Part shown: positions 25,335 through 38,647 of the stretch, in pieces
Layout of the letters: the number at the start of each line of letters is the position of its first letter
Position numbering within the stretch: position 1 is the first letter of the stretch
NCBI GenBank assembly: GCA_965235115.1
Contig: OZ249436.1
Coordinates: 1,180,001 to 1,244,000 of the forward strand
Length of the DNA stretch: 64,000 bases
Direction of reading: 5' to 3'
DNA from: Laetmonice hystrix
Taxonomy: Eukaryota
Notes under the pieces: generated by a model
Told to the model about the DNA's origin: nothing
The model's database searches: none
The model's input: only the letters and a program-made list of their open reading frames with translations
Made by a program: the position numbers and the translations under genes

Positions 25335-26204
25335 AAGTGTTAGTCTTAAGCTTAAGCAAGGTCCAATGTTTTTACAAACTGGACCTTGACTTTGTAAGGG
25401 AAATGCCATCAGGGGCTTGGGATTGTGTATCGTGATTCCCTTTGACAGATTTCTATCATAATGTGAGGGATCATTCACAGGGGATTAAGCATTTTGTCAC
25501 CGTGCCCTTCCAAGAAAAATAAAACATATTCGTCTGAGCCACGGTGGACCGTGACTGATGACCAACCATCCTTATATTATCGATAACTCTTAATCACAAA
25601 GTAGTCAAGTAAGTAAATCCTGCGGTACTGGTCGCCTCGGGACTCCCGACAATGCTGCATAATGTTTTGTACGGGGGTAGGGCGGTTTGAGACTCGTGAG
25701 GCTAGAGTCAGTTCGGGCTAGGCCATTCCCTTGCTGTGTACACCTAGTGTTACACGTTAAAGAATCCTTGCAATTTATCAAAGAGTGCGAGGCATTGTGC
25801 TAATGTGCGGGGTTTTCTGTCCCTTGTACCCCCAATGGATTTGATGAATTTAATGCAGTTAGCGGTTTCTGAGGGAGGAGGACTTGCACCACAGAGGAGA
25901 TGTCACAAATCCTTGTTTCAGACTCGCAGATTGTCCCAGATTAATGTTATTTTGTGACGGATTATTCAGACAGGGGGAAGGATTTGTCATCGTGTTCACA
26001 TCAGAAACCGACCCACCGGGATTTGCATCAGAAGATCATAAAAAGTCGCAGTTCCTTCCATACAAGAATATTTATAGAGGACATACAAGGTGCTGAAAAC
26101 ATCCAGTATGAAGTGTATAGCATCTATTCTATAGGCTCAGGCACAGCTACATAAAACGAAGCCAACATCGTACGCTTTATCATGACTTTTTCAGTCATCC
26201 CGTC

Positions 26205-26541
26205 CATCTCTTTCTCTCTATTAGTCTGTCTGTCTGTCTACTTCTCTCTCTCTATCTCTCTCTCTCTCTCCCCGTGTCCATCGCTCTCTGTCTGTCTCTC
26301 TCCCTCTGTCTCTATCTGTCTGTCTCTCTCTCTGTCTCGCTCTATCTCTCTCTGTCTCTCTCCGCGTGTCCATCGCTCTCTGTCTCTCTCGGTCTCTCTC
26401 TCTCCTCTGTCGCTCTCCCCGTGTCAATCTCTTTCTCTCTGTGTCTCTCTCTGTCTCTCCCCGTGTCCATCGCTCTCTGTCTCTCCGTCTCTGTCCCTCT
26501 CCGCGTGCCACTCTGTCTCGCTACCTGTCTCTCTGTCTCTC
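26205..26541. repeat. (TC)n-rich low-complexity repeat with recurring CGTGTCCATCGC interruptions
   Basis: Direct reading. Confidence 0.93.
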
Positions 26542-26555
26542 AGTTCTCATCGGAA

Positions 26556-26893
26556 GTTTGCCACCACAGCATGGCAAGGCATACAGGTCATACCTTTCGT
26601 TTGCCACCACTGCATGGCAAGGCATACAGGTCATACCTTTCGTTTGCCACCACTGCATGGCAAGGCATACAGGTCATACCTTTCGTTTGCCACCACTGCA
26701 TGGCAAGGCATACAGGTCATACCTTTCGTTTGCCACCACTGCATGGCAAGGCATACAGGTCATACCTTTCGTTTGCCACCACTGCATGGCAAGGCATACA
26801 GGTCATACCTTTCGTTTGCCACCACTGCATGGCAAGGCATACAGGTCATACCTTTCGTTTGCCACCACTGCATGGCAAGGCATACAGGTCATA
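26556..26893. repeat. 43-bp minisatellite (~8 units)
   Basis: Unit GTTTGCCACCACTGCATGGCAAGGCATACAGGTCATACCTTTC; contains a TTGCCA...TGGCAA mini-hairpin. Confidence 0.98.
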
Positions 26894-27751
26894 TACCTTA
26901 CATAATATATATATATCCGTTACGCATGGACACCCGTGCCGAGTCGGAAATGAGACGGAATGAATCGTATTGAATGTTAGCCAAGTTCTGACAGAATACT
27001 GAGGGCGCCGAAGTCTCGCGGCACGGTTATGGATTTTCTGGATAGGAGGTACAAATGGAGCGTCAATGTTGACACCCAAAATGTTACGTCACAAATTTCC
27101 CATTGGTGGTTAACATAGGAGGAACAGACATGGTTCCAAAGATCGGCCTAGTCTTGAAGAATTTCGTGTATTTATGTATCAAAATTATCTATTCAAGCAT
27201 AAAACAGGTTGATACAAATATCTGGGAAGGTTTCATTACAAAGGACAGCATAATTACAGAGAAATCACAAGTTGAAGTTGGCAGTCGCCGTTCCGTATGG
27301 CCGGCGCAATGCTAAACAAGCGTGAGCGATAATGAAGTGTCACCAAAACCGACTTTTATCGCGTTGTAACGCAACGTCTCGTGACCTACTTCGGCGCCCT
27401 ATAACAATTTCTGGGTAAAGGCGCCCTCTGGTGTCCTGTAAATGTTCCGTATTCCGCCATGCGTCCATGTCAGCAGCAAGCGTTTCCCGGCATGCACCTG
27501 GCTATCAGCAACCAATCCACATGGCGACCGAATCCTCGACATGTTCGTGTCGACAGAGTTCACATGGTCATTACAACAGTCAGTCAAACCTCTATCGACA
27601 TCTTCCAGACGCTCCTTCCTAGTATCTCATCACCCCTCTGACACAGCAATTCTAGCGATTATACTTGGACCCCTTGATGTAGCCTTCTCCGAAAGGTGTG
27701 AGAGGTTAGGACTTTAGTTCCACGGGAGGCATATAACACGTCACGCGATCA

Positions 27752-27915
27752 CCCCCCCTTCTCTGTCTCTCTCCCTCTCTCTCCTCTCTCTCCTCTCTCT
27801 CTCTCCGACTGGAAGGGGACAACCTAGACACCCCGCCACCGCCCCACCTTCCTCCTGGACACCTCGCCACCGCCCCACCTTCCTCCTGGACACCTCGCCA
27901 CCGCCCCACTTCTTC
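27752..27915. repeat. TC microsatellite followed by ~3 copies of a C-rich ~31-bp unit
   Basis: ACCTCGCCACCGCCCCACCTTCCTCCTGGAC repeated. Confidence 0.85.
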
Positions 27916-29400
27916 CATTCTCTCGGTTCGACTCCATAGTAGTAGATAAAAAAATGAAACTTCCGTATGCTAGCTGAAGAAGGGAAATGTTTTAAAAAGT
28001 CAGCATGTGTGGTGATGACACATCGGTGTCTGAACGGACAAAATTAAAACATGAAAATGTTTTCCTCATTTTCTTTGTGACATTCTGTGCCTCTATTTAC
28101 CCTAGCTGTGATTGTATTAGTCTGTATGCTGGCCACAGCAATCCTCTCTGATAATTAAACGACTTTCATCAGTTAGTTTTACGCTGTCGACAATTGAATT
28201 ATGATGTAACAATTAGATGATGACGTAGACCAGTTTCCCAAGATGCAGTGGGACTGTTCGTACTAACTTAATATACTTGCTTGAGAAGACAACCACATGC
28301 TGAACTCTTGAAGCCAGGCTTTAGTCTCGCACGGCCTTTAGGACGGCTCATCCTTGCTGTGGGGACGCTATACATGCCGTGAGGCACTGACACACAATGT
28401 TGAAATAGGTCAACAGTCTGACAATGATGAGTATCACAATTGAATACATTTCCACTTGTGTTCTACAGTCGGTACTTCATACACTGTACATGGTTCTGTA
28501 ATAGGATCTTCAGACGTTTAAGATATCCCTCTTCATGATGGAGGTCAGCAAGGATGCGACTTCAGACGAAGTGATGCACATAAGGAACTCTCTGTGAATT
28601 GGTGGAGGTTACCCAAAGGCGATTCTAAGATTTCAGCAATGTAGAAAATGTCATAGGAGGTCTGCAGGCGTGAATTAAGGAGCCTCTGTTATGGAGGGCT
28701 TCTATTATCTGTTCCATTATGTGATAAGCATGCAAGAGGGGCCCATAGGCACGGAACTATGTTGGGTTGGCTGAGAAGGAGACTGAACACGCTTCCCACG
28801 CCGGCAAATGCTATCGAATAACTGCACCCCTCTTTCTAGACTTCAAACTCGCCAGACTTGACAAGAATACAGCGAATGATTAGGATCTCACATTGTGATA
28901 TGAAAAGAAAATAACTCAAAATGCGTTCAGGCTTTACGCTATCACTTTTATATAACCTTAATGTGCCAAGACTCGCCTGACTGTGCAGCCTTATAACATC
29001 GAAATGCAATCGCATTTTTGAATCTCAGGTAAAACCGTTTTTGGGCGGCCTTCTGTATTCAAAATACTGTCCTCTCGAATTAGTACAGAGTGGAATTCCC
29101 CTTTAGTCTAGAGGTGTTTTTTAACGTGGAAAACGTTAAAGGTGTGATCCAAATGTTATTTCCCCTTACATTTTTCATCTTAGACCTCCGGTAAGGAAAG
29201 ACATGTTCTCCCATCTTAAAGGCACTTTACCTGAGTCTGTTGTGCTTCTCGCACGAATCATTTGGTTTACAGTGCTGTTATTGTGCTGTTCAAGTATATA
29301 TTTTTCGTTCATAAAATATATATTCGCTCACGAGTACAGCGAAGGAGTCTACGATTATTCTTTGTGTGAATGTAGTGCCGATTGTAGCAATGTGCATGTC

Positions 29401-29539
29401 ATGGTTATTAGTTGATATTTGTTGTGAAGGCGATGGTTATTAGTAACTGTTGATATTTGTTGTGAAGACGATGGTTATTAGTTGATATTTGTTGTGAAGA
29501 CGATGGTTATTAGTTGATATTTGTTGTGAAGACGATGGT
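29401..29539. repeat. 32-bp tandem repeat (~4 units)
   Basis: ATGGTTATTAGTTGATATTTGTTGTGAAGACG. Confidence 0.92.
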
Positions 29540-29849
29540 CTACCGGCAGCAGTATCACAACTGCAGTTAGTTCCCCACGGTAGGTGGACGAAACCATATC
29601 AGTATACATTTCTAATCTAACACACAATAAAAGTATTTATAAATAATATAAATGTATCTCTTTTTAGTGGCATATACGATATATTACTGAACCGTGCGTG
29701 TAGTTCCGTAAACGCAGGCGATGTTATGTTTAAAGGTAGTTACCAACAAATTAATGTATGGTAATTTGACCCCAGAATGGTCATTGACAACTACTTACGT
29801 CGGACGACGAAATATGAGCCACCATCTGTAAGTCAAAATAATAATAACA

Positions 29850-32605
29850 AACCTATACGACAGTTGGAGACAGAGACCGTCGACAAGGCTACAGATGACG
29901 AACCTATACGACAGTTGGAGACAGAGACCGTCGACAAGGCTACAGATGACGAACCTATACGACAGTTGGAGACAAAGACCGTCGACAAGGCCACAGATGA
30001 CGAACCTATACGACAGTTGGAGACAAAGACCGTCGACAAGGCTACAGATGACGAACCTATACGACAGTTGGAGACAAAGACCGTCGATAAGGCTACAGAT
30101 GACGAACCTATACAACAGTTGGAGACAAAGACCGTCGATACGGCTACAGATGACGAACCTATACGACAGTTGGAGACAAAGACCGTCGACAAGGCTACAT
30201 ATGACGAACCTATACGACAGTTGGAGACAAAGACCGTCGACAAGGCTACAGATGACGAACCTATACGACAGTTGGAGACAAAGACTGTCGACAAGCCTAC
30301 AGATGACGAACCTATACGACAGTTGGAGACAAAGACCGTCGACAAGGCTACAGATGACGAACCTATACGACAGTTGGAGACAGAGACCGTCGGCAAGGCT
30401 ACAGATGACGAACCTATACGACAGTTGGAGACAAAGACCGTCGACAAGGCTACAGATGACGAACCTATACGACAGTTGGAGACAAAGACCGTCGACAAGG
30501 CTACAGATGACGAACCTATACGACAGTTGGAGACAAAGACCGTCGACAAGGCTACAGATGACGAACCTATACGACAGTTGGAGACAAAGACCGTCGACAA
30601 GGCTACAGATACAGATGACGAACCTATACGACAGTTGGAGACAGAGACCGTCGGCAAGGCTACAGATGACGAACCTATACGACAGTTGGAGACAAAGACC
30701 GTCGACAAGGCTACAGATGACGAACCTATACGACAGTTGGAGACAGAGACCGTCGGCAAGGCTACAGATGACGAACCTATACGACAGTTGGAGACAAAGA
30801 CCGTCGACAAGGCTACAGATGACGAACCCATACGACAGTTGGAGACAGAGACCGTCGATAAGGCTACAGATGACGAACCTATACGACAGTTGGAGACAAA
30901 GACCGTCGACAAGGCTACAGATGACGAACCTATACAACAGTTGGAGACAGAGACCGTCGGCAAGGCTACAGATGACGAACCTATACGACAGTTGGAGACA
31001 AAGACCGTCGACAAGGCTACAGATGACGAACCTATACGACAGTTGGAGACAAAGACCGTCGACAAGGCTACAGATGACGAACCTATACGACAGTTGGAGA
31101 CAAAGACCGTCGACAAGGCTACAGATGACGAACCTATACGACAGTTGGAGACAGAGACCGTCGACAAGGCTACAGATGACGAACCTATACGACAGTTGGA
31201 GACAGAGACCGTCGACAAGGCTACAGATGACGAACCTATACGACAGTTGGAGACAGAGACCGTCGACAAGGCTACAGATGACGAACCTATACGACAGTTG
31301 GAGACAGAGACCGTCGACAAGGCTACAGATGACGAACCTATACGACAGTTGGAGACAGAGACCGTCGACAAGGCTACAGATGACGAACCTATACGACAGT
31401 TGGAGACAGAGACCGTCGACAAGGCTACAGGTGACGAACCTATACGACAGTTGGAGACAGAGACCGTCGACAAGGCTACAGGTGACGAACCTATACGACA
31501 GTTGGAGACAGAGACCGTCGACAAGGCTACAGGTGACGAACCTATACGACAGTTGGAGACAGAGACCGTCGACAAGGCTACAGGTGACGAACCTATACGA
31601 CAGTTGGAGACAGAGACCGTCGACAAGGCTACAGGTGACGAACCTATACGACAGTTGGAGACAGAGACCGTCGACAAGGCTACAGGTGACGAACCTATAC
31701 GACAGTTGGAGACAGAGACCGTCGACAAGGCTACAGATGACGAACCTATACGACAGTTGGAGACAGAGACCGTCGACAAGGCTACAGGTGACGAACCTAT
31801 ACGACAGTTGGAGACAGAGACCGTCGACAAGGCTACAGGTGACGAACCTATACGACAGTTGGAGACAGAGACCGTCGACAAGGCTACAGGTGACGAACCT
31901 ATACGACAGTTGGAGACAGAGACCGTCGACAAGGCTACAGGTGACGAACCTATACGACAGTTGGAGACAGAGACCGTCGACAAGGCTACAGGTGACGAAC
32001 CTATACGACAGTTGGAGACAGAGACCGTCGACAAGGCTACAGGTGACGAACCTATACGACAGTTGGAGACAGAGACCGTCGACAAGGCTACAGGTGACGA
32101 ACCTATACGACAGTTGGAGACAGAGACCGTCGACAAGGCTACAGGTGACGAACCTATACGACAGTTGGAGACAGAGACCGTCGACAAGGCTACAGGTGAC
32201 GAACCTATACGACAGTTGGAGACAGAGACCGTCGACAAGGCTACAGATGACGAACCTATACGACAGTTGGAGACAGAGACCGTCGACAAGGCTACAGATG
32301 ACGAACCTATACGACAGTTGGAGACAGAGACCGTCGACAAGGCTACAGGTGACGAACCTATACGACAGTTGGAGACAGAGACCGTCGACAAGGCTACAGG
32401 TGACGAACCTATACGACAGTTGGAGACAGAGACCGTCGACAAGGCTACAGATGACGAACCTATACGACAGTTGGAGACAGAGACCGTCGACAAGGCTACA
32501 GATGACGAACCTATACAACAGTTGGAGACAGAGACCGTCGACACGGCTACAGATGACGAACCTATACGACAGTTGGAGACAAAGACCGTCGACAAGGCTG
32601 CAGAT
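29850..32605. repeat. 51-bp minisatellite array (~54 units)
   Basis: Unit AACCTATACGACAGTTGGAGACAGAGACCGTCGACAAGGCTACAGATGACG; four of six frames are open, generating the 900-1000 aa repeat ORFs. Confidence 0.99.
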
Positions 32606-33679
32606 CAGTTTTCACGGAGCAGAGCTATTTAATCCTACAAAAATAGACTGCAAAATAGACGTCCTACAAAATAGAAAGCCCCGTCTTGGCCGATCTCATA
32701 TGTGGTCAGTTAAAGTAATACTGGTCATTGTTCAGATGAGTATTCCGAAGCTGGCGAGCCTGGCGAGGATATCCCGCTCCCAAATAGTAATTCCTTGCCT
32801 CGAGGTTGAATACGCCAGTCAGGCCGACGCTCGGAACTATAGCTCTACTCTAAATAATCGACTACGCCTTTCAGCTTCGATCGTTTTAAAAATAAATGAA
32901 GGTGAAGAAATACGTTATTGTGGAGTTTGTGGTTCTTTTTTGCTCTGATTATTAGTTTAATAGGATTCTACCTTCAATGGGAGTTCTCACCACGTCGATG
33001 AGGTATGTCAGTACGTTTGGCTTCCTCTTAGATGACCTGAGAACACAGCCGCAGCCGTTCTGATCGGCGCATGCGCGTGGGTCACTAATCGACTTGTTAG
33101 GGTATCGCGAGGGAATACTTGGCCGGCTGTCCTGGCCGAGCATTACACGATAGACAGCCAATAACAACGACTGCCGTGAAGGCACTAACACAATATGAGA
33201 CTAACACAATATGAGCGACCGGTCGGCCAGTACACCTCCCCTGCAGAGATAGATGAACCATTTATTTTGTCGTCGGAATTCTCGTGTGACTGTAAGATGA
33301 ATAACAGCGTAGCCAAGTGAAACACACCCCGTAATAGTCATTGGATTATTCAGTTATTAGGAGACAGGGATGGGTGCTCTTTCTTCCACGTACATGTTTA
33401 CATCAGACACAAAATGGTTAATCCAGTTTCCTAAAGTTCACCTATAGTTTCTCGTCATTATCTTATAATTATCAACTTATCCGAGGACAAACAATACAAT
33501 AAAAGTTGTATGCTCTTGAGAAGTAGAGAATAAAGGTGACATCACCAAAGGGAAATAACATACTTTCTGACCAACTACTTGACAATTATATACGAGCATT
33601 TATTTCGTCGAGTCGACATTAGAAAGTCGATGAAAGAAGCGTGATCTGGAAACATAAACTGTGGTCAGATATTATACAG

Positions 33680-33949
33680 CAGTAAGGGGTCCAGGATTTT
33701 GTAAGGGGGGACCTACAAAAATTAGGCCCCTTTTGGTCTATTTCAATGCTGCATAGCCCAAAGTTATATTGCTCCTGGATGACTTTTGGGCCCGATGTTA
33801 GGGCCTACTATCACGGACAATATAGGAGGCTTTTTTTTAAGAATTTGGTTGAAATTCTGGGTCCGAATAATGCATCTTCTTAAAAAAGGGGAAGGAAAAT
33901 TTAAGGGGGCCCGGGCCGCTTGGACCCCCCCCCCCCCCACCCCCCAGTG
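33680..33949. mobile_element. ~270-bp CAG-terminated MITE, copy 1 (5-bp TSD TACAG)
   Basis: TACAG|CAGTAAGGGGTCCAGG ... CCCCCAGTG|TACAG; the interior (GGTCTATTTCAATGCTGCAT..., GGGTCCGAATAATGCATCTTCTTAAAAAA) is shared with 57095-57368. Confidence 0.85.
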
Positions 33950-34651
33950 TACAGCATTATCATCTCTAATTAGCGGCGCATCTATTTAGTTTCTGCAAAG
34001 AATACCCTGCACATGCTGTCTACCTCAAATCATTTTAATCCTTTTCCTTGAGGACTAATCAGGAGTGTGCACAGACTATAGTTGGCTCCTGGAGTTGTAT
34101 TCCTGAAGGAATATCATGGTCGGGGATGATGTATTTAAGCAATTGAGATTATTGCATTCATAAGTTAAGCGATAGGATTGAAAGATATCACAGGCTTAGC
34201 ATTGATTTATGGTCATAGATACAAGAGCGAGGCTTTTAATACATGTACTTCTATAATCTAATTTATTTACATATTTTTGTGAAATAAGCAATCTACAAAA
34301 GTCCGTCTACAAAGTTGATTTACCGATTGTACAGATAGAGTATACAAGGTTTATCAACCCAGAGGATCAGAATTTTATCTACCCATACTGATACAAATAG
34401 CAAAGATTTAATAAGGTTGACAGTTCCTTTTTACAGGACATAATTAAATTGCAGAGAATGGCTTGCGCAAAGTTAACTTGATATGTGGTGGTGGTGGGGG
34501 GGGGAGGGGGTAGAGGATTCGAACTAATAGATACAGCATCGATTTTAATTAGATAGAATCATTCACGACATATCGTTTTACGACCGAGATGGGTGGTTTT
34601 TTTGCAGCAGAGCGTAAAATGCGGAACCGAACAGGGTTAATGTGTCAGTCG

Positions 34652-35305
34652 TATGGCAAGCCGTTTTAACATATATACCAATTTAGTGATATCACGAAAT
34701 GAATTCGAGATATCTACAATTCATTTCTTGATATCACAAAATCATTTCTTGATATCACAAAATCATTTCTTGATATCACAAAATTATTTCTAGATACCAC
34801 AAAATCATTTCTGGATATCACAAAATCATTTCTTGATATCATTAAATATTTAATGATATACACAAATAAGTAGAGATATAAAAAAAAGAATAAATTAGTG
34901 ATATCAAGAAATGAATTGCAGATATCAGAAGTAGAATGAATTGCAGATATTAAAAATAGAATTGCAGATAATATCACTAAATGAATTAGCGATATCAAAA
35001 ACAAAAGTGCAATTAATGATATCTTCAATTCTATTTCTGATATCTCTAATTTAGTTAGTGATATCTGCGATTATTTTTCTTATAATATATTATCTTCAAT
35101 TCTATTTCTGATATCAAAACAATAATTTCTGATATCGCAAAATAAGAGAATTAATGATATTACTAAATGCATTGGAGATATAAAAAATTGATTTGCAGAT
35201 ATCAAAAATTGAATTGCAGATATCGCTAAATGAATTAGCGATATCAAGAAATGAATTAGAGATATATCACAAATTCCTGAATATATGTTAAAACGGCTTG
35301 CCATA
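34652..35305. mobile_element. TATGG...CCATA TIR element filled with ~21-bp GATATC subrepeats
   Basis: TATGGCAAGCCGTTTTAACATATAT ... ATATATGTTAAAACGGCTTGCCATA, a perfect 25-bp TIR; flanks CAGTCG and CAGTCA; internal GATATCACAAAATCATTTCTT-type units in both orientations. Confidence 0.92.
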
Positions 35306-35356
35306 CAGTCAGGCTCAGTCAGCCGTCGATGTTTGTGGTGGAGATGTCGGTGCTTG

Positions 35357-37876
35357 AGGGTCTGTATCCTGGGTCCCACCGGGAGCTAGACCACCAGTCT
35401 TTTCGTTCACCTTGACCCCCCTATAGCAACCCTTCCAAGGGTCTGTATCCTGGGTCCCACCGGGAGCTAGACCACCAGTCTTTTCGTTCACCTTGACCCC
35501 CCTATAGCAACCCTTCCAAGGGTCTGTATCCTGGGTACCACCGGGAGCTAGACCACCAGTCTTTTCGTTCACCTTGACCCCCCTATAGCAACCCTTCCAA
35601 GGGTCTGTATCCTGGGTCCCACCGGGAGCTAGACCACCAGTCTTTTCGTTCACCTTGACCCCCCTATAGCAACCCTTCCAAGGGTCTGTATCCTGGGTCC
35701 CACCGGGAGCTAGACCACCAGTCTTTTCGTTCACCTTGACCCCCCTATAGCAACCCTTCCAAGGGTCTGTATCCTGGGTCCCACCGGGAGCTCGACCACC
35801 AGTCTTTTCGTTCACCTTGACCCCCCTATAGCAACCCTTCCAAGGGTCTGTATCCTGGGTCCCACCGGGAGCTAGACCACCAGTCTTTTCGTTCACCTTG
35901 ACCCCCCTATAGCAACCCTTCCAAGGGTCTGTATCCTGGGTCACACCGGGAGCTAGACCACCAGTCTTTTCGTTCACCTTGACCCCCCTATAGCAACCCT
36001 TCCAAGGGTCTGTATCCTGGGTCCCACCGGGAGCTCGACCACCAGTCTTTTCGTTCACCTTGACCCCCCTATAGCAACCCTTCCAAGGGTCTGTATCCTG
36101 GGTCACACCGGGAGCTCGACCACCAGTCTTTTCGTTCACCTTGACCCCCCTATAGCAACCCTTCCAAGGGTCTGTATCCTGGGTCCCACCGGGAGCTAGA
36201 CCACCAGTCTTTTCGTTCACCTTGACCCCCCTATAGCAACCCTTCCAAGGGTCTGTATCCTGGGTACCACCGGGAGCTAGACCACCAGTCTTTTCGTTCA
36301 CCTTGACCCCCCTATAGCAACCCTTCCAAGGGTCTGTATCCTGGGTCCCACCGGGAGCTAGACCACCAGTCTTTTCGTTCACCTTGACCCCCCTATAGCA
36401 ACCCTTCCAAGGGTCTGTATCCTGGGTCCCACCGGGAGCTAGACCACCAGTCTTTTCGTTCACCTTGACCCCCCTATAGCAACCCTTCCAAGGGTCTGTA
36501 TCCTGGGTACCACCGGGAGCTAGACCACCAGTCTTTTCGTTCACCTTGACCCCCCTATAGCAACCCTTCCAAGGGTCTGTATCCTGGGTACCACCGGGAG
36601 CTAGACCACCAGTCTTTTCGTTCACCTTGACCCCCCTATAGCAACCCTTCCAAGGGTCTGTATCCTGGGTACCACCGGGAGCTAGACCACCAGTCTTTTC
36701 GTTCACCTTGACCCCCCTATAGCAACCCTTCCAAGGGTCTGTATCCTGGGTACCACCGGGAGCTAGACCACCAGTCTTTTCGGTCACCTTGACCCCCCTA
36801 TAGCAACCCTTCCAAGGGTCTGTATCCTGGGTCCCACCGGGAGCTAGACCACCAGTCTTTTCGTTCACCTTGACCCCCCTATAGCAACCCTTCCAAGGGT
36901 CTGTATCCTGGGTCCCACCGGGAGCTAGACCACCAGTCTTTTCGTTCACCTTGACCCCCCTATAGCAACCCTTCCAAGGGTCTGTATCCTGGGTACCACC
37001 GGGAGCTAGACCACCAGTCTTTTCGTTCACCTTGACCCCCCTATAGCAACCCTTCCAAGGGTCTGTATCCTGGGTACCACCGGGAGCTAGACCACCAGTC
37101 TTTTCGTTCACCTTGACCCCCCTATAGCAACCCTTTCAAGGGTCTGTATCCTGGGTCCCACCGGGAGCTAGACCACCAGTCTTTTCGTTCACCTTGACCC
37201 CCCTATAGCAACCCTTCCAAGGGTCTGTATCCTGGGTCCCACCGGGAGCTAGACCACCAGTCTTTTCGTTCACCTTGACCCCCCTATAGCAACCCTTCCA
37301 AGGGTCTGTATCCTGGGTACCACCGGGAGCTAGACCACCAGTCTTTTCGTTCACCTTGACCCCCCTATAGCAACCCTTCCAAGGGTCTGTATCCTGGGTA
37401 CCACCGGGAGCTAGACCACCAGTCTTTTCGTTCACCTTGACCCCCCTATAGCAACCCTTCCAAGGGTCTGTATCCTGGGTCCCACCGGGAGCTAGACCAC
37501 CAGTCTTTTCGTTCACCTTGACCCCCCTATAGCAACCCTTCCAAGGGTCTGTATCCTGGGTCCCACCGGGAGCTAGACCACCAGTCTTTTCGTTCACCTT
37601 GACCCCCCTATAGCAACCCTTCCAAGGGTCTGTATCCTGGGTACCACCGGGAGCTAGACCACCAGTCTTTTCGTTCACCTTGACCCCCCTATAGCAACCC
37701 TTCCAAGGGTCTGTATCCTGGGTCCCACCGGGAGCTAGACCACCAGTCTTTTCGGTCACCTTGACCCCCCTATAGCAACCCTTCCAAGGGTCTGTATCCT
37801 GGGTCACACCGGGAGCTCGACCACCAGTCTTTTCGTTCACCTTGACCCCCCTATAGCAACCCTTCCAAGGGTCTGT
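35357..37876. repeat. 81-bp minisatellite array (31 units)
   Basis: Unit AGGGTCTGTATCCTGGGTCCCACCGGGAGCTAGACCACCAGTCTTTTCGTTCACCTTGACCCCCCTATAGCAACCCTTCCA; the array begins and ends with AGGGTCTGT. Confidence 0.99.
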
Positions 37877-38131
37877 CTTCCGTGAACTATCTATTGGTGG
37901 TTTTGAAGTAGCTTGCATGCATCCACGTTTGTTTGTAGTCTGGCAACACGTGCTGATGGTTCAACTGGTGAGTATTAATGAATCACGCTGTGGCCAGTTG
38001 GGGCCCGGAGGGTGAAATTTAAGGTTGATGGAATATAACATGAGCGCTAGAACAGGCCCTGGGGTAAAACCTGTTGTACCGGGCGCCTTATTCAAAATAT
38101 ATAGAAATCTGAGCCCTTGGTAGGCCTAGGC

Positions 38132-38647
38132 CTGGAGGTGGTTACCCCATCGCCCTCCCCTCTCGGTGGTACTGGTTGAGACCCCTAACTGGAGGTAGTT
38201 ACCCCATCGCCCTCCCCTCTCGGTGGTACTGGTCGCGACCCCTAACTGGAGGTAGTTACCCCATCGCCCTCCCCTCTCGGTGGTACTGGTCGCGACCCCT
38301 AACTGGAGGTAGTTACCCCATCGCCCTCCCCTCTCGGTGGTACTGATCGCGACCCCTAACTGGAGGTAGTTACCCCATCGCCCTCCCCTCTCGGTGGTAC
38401 TGATCGCGACCCCTAACTGGAGGTAGTTACCCCATCGCCCTCCCCTCTCGGTGGTACTGATCGCGACCCCTAACTGGAGGTGGTTACCCCATCGCTCTCC
38501 CCTCTCGGTGGTACTGGTCAGGACCCCTAACTGGAGGTAGTTACCCCATCGCCCTCCCCTCTCGGTGGTACTGGTCGCGACCCCTAACTGGAGGTAGTTA
38601 CCCCATCGCCCCCCCCCCCTCTCGGTGGTACTGATCGCGACCCCTAA
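38132..38647. repeat. 57-bp minisatellite (9 units)
   Basis: Unit CTGGAGGTAGTTACCCCATCGCCCTCCCCTCTCGGTGGTACTGGTCGCGACCCCTAA. Confidence 0.97.

Noticed and set aside
25690..25830. CACGTTAAAGAATCC motif reminiscent of a SINE central domain
   Set aside because: No recognisable A/B boxes, tail or TSD; cannot be supported without a database search.
35315..37918. Repeat protein NEKTGGLAPGGTQDTDPWKGCYRGVKV
   Set aside because: Derived from the 81-bp array and interrupted by a TGG-to-TGA stop at ~37136; no other coding evidence.
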